Positions 36,511-44,500 of a stretch of 64,000 bases of DNA are shown here, in pieces. The position numbers and the translations under genes were made by a program. Origin of the DNA: an uncultured virus (IMG/VR IMGVR_UViG_3300020472_000011) (taxonomy: Duplodnaviria > Heunggongvirae > Uroviricota > Caudoviricetes); IMG/VR virus record IMGVR_UViG_3300020472_000011, positions 1-64,000 of that record; one strand, written 5' to 3'. How positions within the stretch are numbered: the stretch's first letter is position 1; each line of letters starts with the position of its first letter. The notes under the pieces were generated by a model. The model did no database searches and was not told the origin of the DNA. It saw nothing but the letters and a program-made list of their open reading frames with translations.

Positions 36511-39500
36511 TCAAACTGACCCTGCCCAGAAGACGTATCCTTTAGTTGTACGATTGTCGTCAATGTATGTCTTAACGGCACGTTGTGTAGGAACCTTTTG
36601 GTTTGAGTTAGCAGAAAGAGTAACATCAGAAGAGAATTCTGTGATACTTTCACCCAACTGAGCACCAATAGAACCCAATCTCAAGGATGACAGACCAGAT
36701 AGGTCAAAGGATGATGCGTTCAATGTAGTTGAACCAGTTGCCTGGTTGACCTTGAAGTAACGTCCAACAGTGAAGTTACCATCTTGGTCTGTTGATACAA
36801 AGAATACACGTCCTGGGAAGTCCTCAGTAACTTCATTACCTGGTGCTGGATCTACTAATGGATCTCCAGGCCAGTTAGTTTGAAGTTTGTTTCCTGTACC
36901 TAAGTCTAGGAAATCATGACCAGTTAGACGAACTTGACTATAACCATATCTGATCTTGTAGTCTTGTCCGTCGAATGTTCTTGTAGGTTTCTCAGCAGCA
37001 AGAACGACTAATGCAGTACCAGTTGTATCTGTTTGTGCATTTGTAATCTGCATGAATTCACTATTGATTTTGATATAATCATTATTGTTGAATCCAGAAG
37101 CATCAGTAATGCGAATAACAGTACTAGAAGAAGTGAGATCTCTTAAAGTATCTGTTTGATCAACAGACTTAATTTCTATAGCACGTACTGAATCACCACT
37201 AGTATGAGTAGCAGCATTTGTACCTTCTTGTCCACGAGTAACTGCAAGCGAAGTTGCTGTTGGGAATGAAGTAATAGCCATCATTTCATCATTAACAATA
37301 CAGAATGCTCCAATTGAGAACCCTGCAATAGAGTTAACATAAATTGTAGTTTCTGTTGTATTGTTAACAGCAGAACTCAAGTTACTAGCACCACCATACT
37401 GATATCTGGTAATTAATTCCAAACCTTGATGTATAGCAGCAGCACTACCTAACAGTCCTCTATTAACAGTTAAGTTACCTCTTCCAGTAGGAGCAGTGTA
37501 TGATGAGTTAGCGATAACAAATGTGAATGGTTCTTCTCCAGCACCACCAGCACCAGTAACAAATTCAACTGAACCACCTGGAACAGGAGCAGATGTTCTA
37601 CCAGTTAAGGCAAGAACGAATCCGTTTTGTCCACCCAAGAAGTCAGCGTTGCTAAGTAGAGAACCTTGTACTCCAGAAGTTTGACCATCTATAGTTTCAC
37701 CTTGTACAAATGATCCTTTAAATGGTCTGAAGAGTATCTTATTTACACCAGCCTGTACAGAGATGATCTCTCCAACAGCACCAGATGTTAATCCAACAAC
37801 TCTTTCTTCATTCAACCAAATTGAATCCTGTGCTCCAGCAACGATTGTTGCCTCATCATATTCAAGAGATAGACCATCGATAGAACCATCAAGAGTTGTT
37901 TCATTAGTATCGAATCCAGAAGATACAATACCATATGTTCCCCATGATGAGTTACCAGCAAGAGATCTGATTCTACCACCACGTGTAGAAACATAAGAAA
38001 GATGACAGTAGTAAGTAAAGCAAGATACAATCTCAGCACCAGCCTTGTTTGTACACCAGAAACCAACTCCACCATCTTCGTGGATTTGTGTCCAAGAGTC
38101 AAACACCATTGTTTTGTTTGATCTGTTATCAAATACAACAGCGTTAGTAGCAGCACTTACAAATGTATGTCCATACTGATCAGCAGGAGCAGCAATACCA
38201 ACATTAACTACAATGTTTGTATCACTATGACTTGTAATTACAATTTCCTTACCAAAGTAAGGGTCAGATACACGAGGATATGCATGGTTAGATGCATTAC
38301 CATCTTTAGTACAAGTAAATGTAATAGATGCTTGTGCTAATGTAATACTTGATCCAGAAGTCAATCCATGACCAGCACCAAGTTCAAGATCTAAATCTCC
38401 AGTAGAAGGATTGTATGTAGCATCAGTTGGTGTAAAGTTTGCGGTATTATCCCACTTAGCGTGAACATCACCGTCAATAACAGCACCAATACCTGTTGCA
38501 CCGAAGCAAGAACAGTTAGAGACATAAGGTGATCTCTTAATTGGTGAGTTAGGATCTAGACGTACATAAACACCTTCGACTGTAGCAGTGTTAAGATCTT
38601 TAGGATCAGAAGCAGAAGGAACGAATCCAACCATTCCGTCCATAACCATGTCCTTAAGCATAGTGGTGCTTCCTAGCATCCACATAGTTAAGTTTTCGTT
38701 GTTGATAGGTGTTACACTAGTAATACCGATATCTGTAGCACCTGCTTCATATGTGTCTGAAGTTGTCCAAAGGTTAGCATTAGCGTCTCTAGTTACACTT
38801 CCAAGTCCTGAACCCAATCCAGTTGTTGCAACTCCAACTAATGTTGTAATAGCAGCATCCTGAACAACACAAGTTGCGTTTCCACTTACAGTATTAATGT
38901 CTGTAATGGATTCGTTCTTAACCTGACCTAATCCATGAGTACCAATAACAGTAATTGTGTCGTTATTGATAACATCTTTTGCAAGAGGAATCAAGTATGC
39001 TAAGATAGAAACAACTTCTGCTTCGTTACCATTCCAGTAGTTATTAGTAATCCAACCATCAACTGTGTCATAAACACGGTCGTTACCACCATAACCTAAG
39101 TTAGCAGTGATATCCTGAACCAAACCAGCAAGCTTGCTTTCGAATACAGAAGCATCTCCTCCTGGAGGGCTAGTAATAGCAACACCACCGTTAGCAGCTT
39201 GTGCAAGAGTTTCCTTAACAAGGAACTGTGTGTTGGATGTTAATAGGTTGTATGCGTCAGCAGTTTTGTTATTTGCAAATCCATCAGTCTGAACGTAGAT
39301 CTCTCCACCTCCTCCTCTAACTTCAATAACTTCACCAGTCTTTGCTCCATCACCAGATGTGATAGTAGCACCAAGAACTCTATACTGAGCATCAGGTACT
39401 TGTGCAAGTGAAAGTTTAACAACACTTGAAGGTTCACCAGCTCTTGCTTGAATCCTTGATGTTCTTAAGTTATCACCAACGATACCTACACCTTCAGGAA

Positions 39501-40605
39501 CCCTCATTGGGAGGATTTCGTTATATGTACCTGCTTTAACGTAGATTGTTGCAGGACCAGTTACGTTATCTACAGCGTGACGAACTGTTCTCCATGCTGT
39601 TGTAATACTGTTACCTGGATTGGTATCTTTACCTTCTGGAGTAACGTAGTAAACTTTATGTGTAACGTGACTCTCTTTCCATGATGGATAACCTTGACCA
39701 TCAACAGTAAGAACTTTATTCTCAGTTCCAATCGGTAATCTAGCAGGACCAGCACCAGATTGATACAGGACATCACCAGATGTCGTTAGAACGTTGGCAG
39801 ACGCTCCTTCAGCAAGTGAATTCCAGTATGTACCATTGGTATCTGTTTCAGGTGCATTACCTGTTGACTGAGCTACACAAATATAGGAGTTACTATTTCT
39901 AGAAATAGCATCACCTGGATAGTAGACAGTACCTATATCCCAAGTTCCCTTCCATGTAAATCCACCAACAACGAAGTCCCAATCAGAAGTATTAACATCA
40001 GGAGACTTATTAATATTTGTTGTCTTAGCAACGTATGAGTTACCACCTAAGAGTACAACGTCACCTGGTTTATAAGTTGTAGTTGAATCCCAGTTACCAA
40101 CAACTTTGAAACCAGTTGTTAGAATATCCCACTGGTTACCAATACCGTTATTTGGTTGAATAGCAATACTAGTTGTTAAAGCAACATATGAATAACCACC
40201 ATATGTTACGATATCACCTTTTTGATATTCAGTTGCTGAATCCCAAGTATCTTCGAACTTAAGACCGTCTAAGTAGGCAGCAAACTTAGCACTGTCAAAA
40301 GTACTAGTAGATAAGTGTGGTGTAGTAGTTCTATAAAGTACGTTACCGTATTTTGCGATATCGTTTAACTTATAGAAAGTAGCTGCAGCCCAATCACCTG
40401 TATTGTAGATACCCTCTGTATGAAGGTTCCAACTTCCTGCATCAGTTGCATACCATTGTGCAGCACTCGAAACCGATGTGTGGTTAGCGGTAGCTACGTA
40501 AGTGTTAGCACCAAATTTAACAATGTCATCAATGACATAAGCGGTTCCAGCCGCCCAGTCACCTCTCCAGTTAAATTTTAGTCTGCCAAGTCTAAAATCT
40601 GCCAT
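36511..40605 (-). CDS. Tail fibre/spike with N-terminal W..T.Y...D.V carbohydrate-binding-like repeats and a beta-helix region
   Basis: Five G.W...T.Y...D.V..G...Y repeats; VYYVTPEGKDTNPG...WRT...ATIYVKAGTYNE (pectin-lyase-like start); SQVRLTGHDFL..GTG; VPTQRAVKTY. Confidence 0.8.
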   Translation of the reverse strand: MADFRLGRLKFNWRGDWAAGTAYVIDDIVKFGANTYVATANHTSVSSAAQWYATDAGSWNLHTEGIYNTGDWAAATFYKLNDIAKYGNVLYRTTTPHLSTSTFDSAKFAAYLDGLKFEDTWDSATEYQKGDIVTYGGYSYVALTTSIAIQPNNGIGNQWDILTTGFKVVGNWDSTTTYKPGDVVLLGGNSYVAKTTNINKSPDVNTSDWDFVVGGFTWKGTWDIGTVYYPGDAISRNSNSYICVAQSTGNAPETDTNGTYWNSLAEGASANVLTTSGDVLYQSGAGPARLPIGTENKVLTVDGQGYPSWKESHVTHKVYYVTPEGKDTNPGNSITTAWRTVRHAVDNVTGPATIYVKAGTYNEILPMRVPEGVGIVGDNLRTSRIQARAGEPSSVVKLSLAQVPDAQYRVLGATITSGDGAKTGEVIEVRGGGGEIYVQTDGFANNKTADAYNLLTSNTQFLVKETLAQAANGGVAITSPPGGDASVFESKLAGLVQDITANLGYGGNDRVYDTVDGWITNNYWNGNEAEVVSILAYLIPLAKDVINNDTITVIGTHGLGQVKNESITDINTVSGNATCVVQDAAITTLVGVATTGLGSGLGSVTRDANANLWTTSDTYEAGATDIGITSVTPINNENLTMWMLGSTTMLKDMVMDGMVGFVPSASDPKDLNTATVEGVYVRLDPNSPIKRSPYVSNCSCFGATGIGAVIDGDVHAKWDNTANFTPTDATYNPSTGDLDLELGAGHGLTSGSSITLAQASITFTCTKDGNASNHAYPRVSDPYFGKEIVITSHSDTNIVVNVGIAAPADQYGHTFVSAATNAVVFDNRSNKTMVFDSWTQIHEDGGVGFWCTNKAGAEIVSCFTYYCHLSYVSTRGGRIRSLAGNSSWGTYGIVSSGFDTNETTLDGSIDGLSLEYDEATIVAGAQDSIWLNEERVVGLTSGAVGEIISVQAGVNKILFRPFKGSFVQGETIDGQTSGVQGSLLSNADFLGGQNGFVLALTGRTSAPVPGGSVEFVTGAGGAGEEPFTFVIANSSYTAPTGRGNLTVNRGLLGSAAAIHQGLELITRYQYGGASNLSSAVNNTTETTIYVNSIAGFSIGAFCIVNDEMMAITSFPTATSLAVTRGQEGTNAATHTSGDSVRAIEIKSVDQTDTLRDLTSSSTVIRITDASGFNNNDYIKINSEFMQITNAQTDTTGTALVVLAAEKPTRTFDGQDYKIRYGYSQVRLTGHDFLDLGTGNKLQTNWPGDPLVDPAPGNEVTEDFPGRVFFVSTDQDGNFTVGRYFKVNQATGSTTLNASSFDLSGLSSLRLGSIGAQLGESITEFSSDVTLSANSNQKVPTQRAVKTYIDDNRTTKGYVFWAGSV

Positions 40606-40616
40606 TTGTTTTTCCT

Positions 40617-41024
40617 TTACTTAGGTCCCTCGGTTGTATAATCGTAAGATTCATTGAAACGAACATTGAAATATCCGCCATCATCTATAAAGTAGGTTAC
40701 TTTTCTACTGTCAAATCTATACTGCTGGTATTCATCTTGTGGATGATTTGTGTATGACTTTTCTTCTGTAGTTTCTTCTACATAATCAGTCATACCAGTT
40801 GCAATATCTAGGTATGGAGTTCCATCTTTACGATGGAAAGTTACTACATCATCATCAATACTTCTTATTTTGGTGTAGTTGAGCATGCCATCAGCATCTC
40901 TGCTTAAAGCGTGGATAGTAAAATCGTTACCAAGATCGTAGTTGTTACTAGCAAATCCGCCACCACCGCCACCGCCTGAGCTAGTGCCACCGCCTCGAAA
41001 ACTATCGCTAATGTACATCGTCAT
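40617..41024 (-). CDS. Hypothetical virion protein
   Basis: Start placed at the ATGA overlap (41024); Gly linker then HALSRDADGMLNY...YQQYRFD...YFIDD.GYF. Confidence 0.65.
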   Translation of the reverse strand: MTMYISDSFRGGGTSSGGGGGGGFASNNYDLGNDFTIHALSRDADGMLNYTKIRSIDDDVVTFHRKDGTPYLDIATGMTDYVEETTEEKSYTNHPQDEYQQYRFDSRKVTYFIDDGGYFNVRFNESYDYTTEGPK

Positions 41025-41482
41025 TGGACTATTACCCTCCAGTAAACTCCTTCCCAAATAAGTTGGACACTTGCTCCTTTGACATCAAACACCAGAGGTG
41101 ATGATATAACTCCAAATGTATTCTGGAATTGTCGTCCGATAGGGTCCGTCAGAGTAACATTATTTATATCCCAACTAAACTTTACGTCAATAAACTCTAT
41201 TACATCCCCAGATTTGGGAACTAATTGGTTATTGTAAAGTGGAAGGGATAACGATACTGGACCATTTGAGGAGTCCACCAAATAACGAAGGCTTGTTCCA
41301 AGAGTTTGATTTGAATTGATATATTCCCATCTAGCCCTAAAAACGTCAAATCCACCAGTAGTGGTTCCGTCATGAATGACGGCCATATTTTTGTCAGTAT
41401 CAATCGTCAGCTCACCCTGTGCTCCAGTGAATAGAGCATGTTCAGCTGTAGTACCTCTTCGGAATTGAACCTGAGTTGTCAT
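41021..41482 (-). CDS. Fibre protein with Mtd/hyaluronidase-like N-terminus and adaptor domain
   Basis: QVQFRRGTTAEH..FTGAQGELTIDTD.....HDG.T.GG; C-terminal YLVDSS.GP....LP...GD.I.FID...W. Confidence 0.75.
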   Translation of the reverse strand: MTTQVQFRRGTTAEHALFTGAQGELTIDTDKNMAVIHDGTTTGGFDVFRARWEYINSNQTLGTSLRYLVDSSNGPVSLSLPLYNNQLVPKSGDVIEFIDVKFSWDINNVTLTDPIGRQFQNTFGVISSPLVFDVKGASVQLIWEGVYWRVIVQ

Positions 41483-41516
41483 CAGTGATTATTCGATACC
41501 AAGTATATTTATGAGA

Positions 41517-41524
41517 TATTTATA
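41517..41524 (-). promoter_or_regulatory. T4-type late promoter (second variant CATAAATA at 41506-41513)
   Basis: Exact TATAAATA immediately after the stop of the 1817-aa gene. Confidence 0.75.
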
Positions 41525-44500
41525 TTAGATGATCCATCCATAAGATCTTGGTGGTGCAACTTGTATGCGTCTTGTCTCAGCATCACCAACATGTAGAATA
41601 ACTCCACCTTCAGATACAAATCTCTGATAAGGTGCAATAACCTTAGTTGTGATATCAATCTCAATTGGGCAGTGTCCATCGTAGCTGAAGGTACGGAGGA
41701 CTTCTGCACTTGCCAGTGAAGGTATACGACCTGAACCAACAAATGCCTTGACAATAACAGGAACATTGTCCTCTTCGAAGACATCGATTCTTCCTGAACC
41801 ATCGTGTGTGGTTGTAATGCTGGAAGCAGATTCTCCAGAGAATTGTGCGGAACCTTCTCCAACATATCCTTTCCTTGTGAAGGATTCTGCACCTGATCCT
41901 CTGACCTCGACAGTGACATCTGTAACAATGTTTCTGGCAACTGCCTGTCTTGCAACACCCAAGAAGTCGAAGATTGCAACATTCTCGACTGCAATTGTTC
42001 TGGATTCGGATGCATTGTTCCATGTGAAGAATGATCCAGTTCCAACTGTGACTCTTGTTCTTGGAGTATCGGCAACACCAAATACATGTACAACTCCATA
42101 AAGTTCTGGAGAGAATGTAATTGTCTCTGCTGCACCAGAGAAGTTGTATAGATTTCCAAATCCTGAGTATGCTTCTGTATGTTTCTCGTCTGCAATACCA
42201 GAAACACCAAGATCGATTTGAGAAGTCCAGTCAAATGTACGACGCTCAATACTGCTAACAAAGTTGAATAGATCTCCGAATCCAACTTCTGCGTATGTTG
42301 TTGCTTCCTCTGCACGACCCTTGAATGTAAAGAGACCGTCTGCAAGTGGTGCGACTCCAACACTTTCTGAAGCACCAGAGAATGCAAAGAGTGTACCAAA
42401 TAGAACTTCTCTCTTGGTTGTCTTCTGACTGGAAAGACCACCAATAGAGAATAGTGCGGTAGTCTCGTCTGGGTTGACAGTGAAACTCTCTGAAGCACCA
42501 CTGATGTTGAAGATACGTCCTTCTCCAACAAAGTCCTTTGTAATACGTTCGGATGTATCGACATCGACGTAGATAGTACCAGAACCAATATTGTTTGGTG
42601 TGAATCTCTCGAATGCGTTTCCAGTAATATCGAGTGGTACTGGTACTTCGTCTGGACTGAATGCAACAGTTTCTGCTGTCCTTGTACCACCAATAGAGAA
42701 TAGTAACTGCCTCTCTTCTGGATTGAAGGTAACACTTTCGGATGCACCACTGATATTGAAGATGCGTCCTTCTCCAATAAAGTCTCTCGTGCGAGAGAAT
42801 GTGGACGTAACATCGATTGTTGCAGTACCAGAACCAATCCAGTTTGGTACGTACTTGATCCTTGCTGTACCAGACAGTTTGGATTCGATTGTGAATCTTT
42901 CGCTGAAGGTTTGTTTGAATGAACCAAACCCTTTGAACACCATGTCTGCCTGGAATTCTGGCAAGACAAATGTAATACTCTCTGCTGCACCACTGATAGC
43001 AAAGATACGACCTTCTCCAGTCCATACCTTCGTCTTGGAAGAAACACCAACACCATAAAGATCGACTTCGACTGTTGGTTGTTCTGCGAATGTAAGAATT
43101 GGTTCTGAAACTTCTCCACTGAAGAGAATCTCTGTTTGACCAATTTCTCTGTATGCAGCACGAATACTTGCAAACTCTGTACCAAACTGGATATCTGCTG
43201 TGAAGGCAGGTATCTTGAGTGTGATTGCTTCGTTTGCTGCACCAATAGAGAATAGTCCACCAACACCAAAGTGAATATCGACGTTGACAACAACCGCATC
43301 TCCACTGAGATAGATGTCTCCAAGTGGTTGCTCTGCGAATGTAAGTAGTGGATCTGCAATCTCTCCAGAGACTGTGAATACACCAGATCCAATAATACCA
43401 CCAAAGGTGAAGCTCTGGGTGACAGCACCCTTGAGAACTGCGTCTGCTGTAAACTCTGGAAGTTTGAGAGTAATAGATTCTGCTGCACCACCAACAGAGA
43501 AGACCTGACCATCGCCTGTGTAAGCGTGTGTCCTGAGAATATCTGCTTGACCGTATACTTCTGTACGACCAAATGGTTGCTCTGCAAATGTGAGTTTTGC
43601 AGGACTTGCTGTTCCACGTACTTCTGTGTGAACCAGACCAGCAATAGCAATTGCACGACTCTCGTCGAGACGACCCAGAATGTCGAATAGTGCTCCAAGT
43701 TCGAGTGGGTTGAATGTAACCGCTTCGACTGCACCACTGAAGTTGAAGATCCGACCTTCGCCAGTCCAATGCTTCGTGATAAGTGGTACAACAGAAACGT
43801 TGAATATCTCTGTCTGAGATTGACCAACCCAATCGTCTGTCTGACTTTCGATTGCAGTACCAGAGAGATCGATATCGACTGTAAACTGTTCTGAAGCAGT
43901 AAACTTCTGACTTCCAAATCCACCAAATGTAAGATCTGCTTGGAATGCAGGTATGTCGATTGTAATCGCTTCTGCACTGCGACCAATAGAATATAGATTT
44001 CCGAATCCATGGAAGTGGAGACTGAAGTTCTCTGCTGCGTTTCCAGAAACGTCGATAGTAACGAATCTGTAGTTGTCTGATACAATTGCCTCTTGACAAG
44101 TACCAGATACTTCCATATGAGCAGAACCAGATTCTGCTGTGATGAACTTGAGATCTGTGTAACCACCAGCAAACTTGAATAATGGTGGTGTTGTTGGAGG
44201 AATAACAACGGTACATTCTGCTGCACCACTCCAAGACCAAAGTGTAGGTTCGTTGGTAACCCACTGAGGTGGTACACGAACTTCTGAATCGGAACGAATC
44301 TTGATCGCATGTTCCCAAGGAATCGCATCCGATATGAAGATCTTGGTTTGTGAAGGTGCTGATAGAGAAACAAAACTGACAAGTTTTCCAAATGGGTATT
44401 CGGAAACTTTTGTTCTGATAGAACTGATTGTGGATGTGAATCCATAATCCTCTCTTACCGTTGCACCAGTATCTGTAATAGATCCACAGTCGTGAACTGT

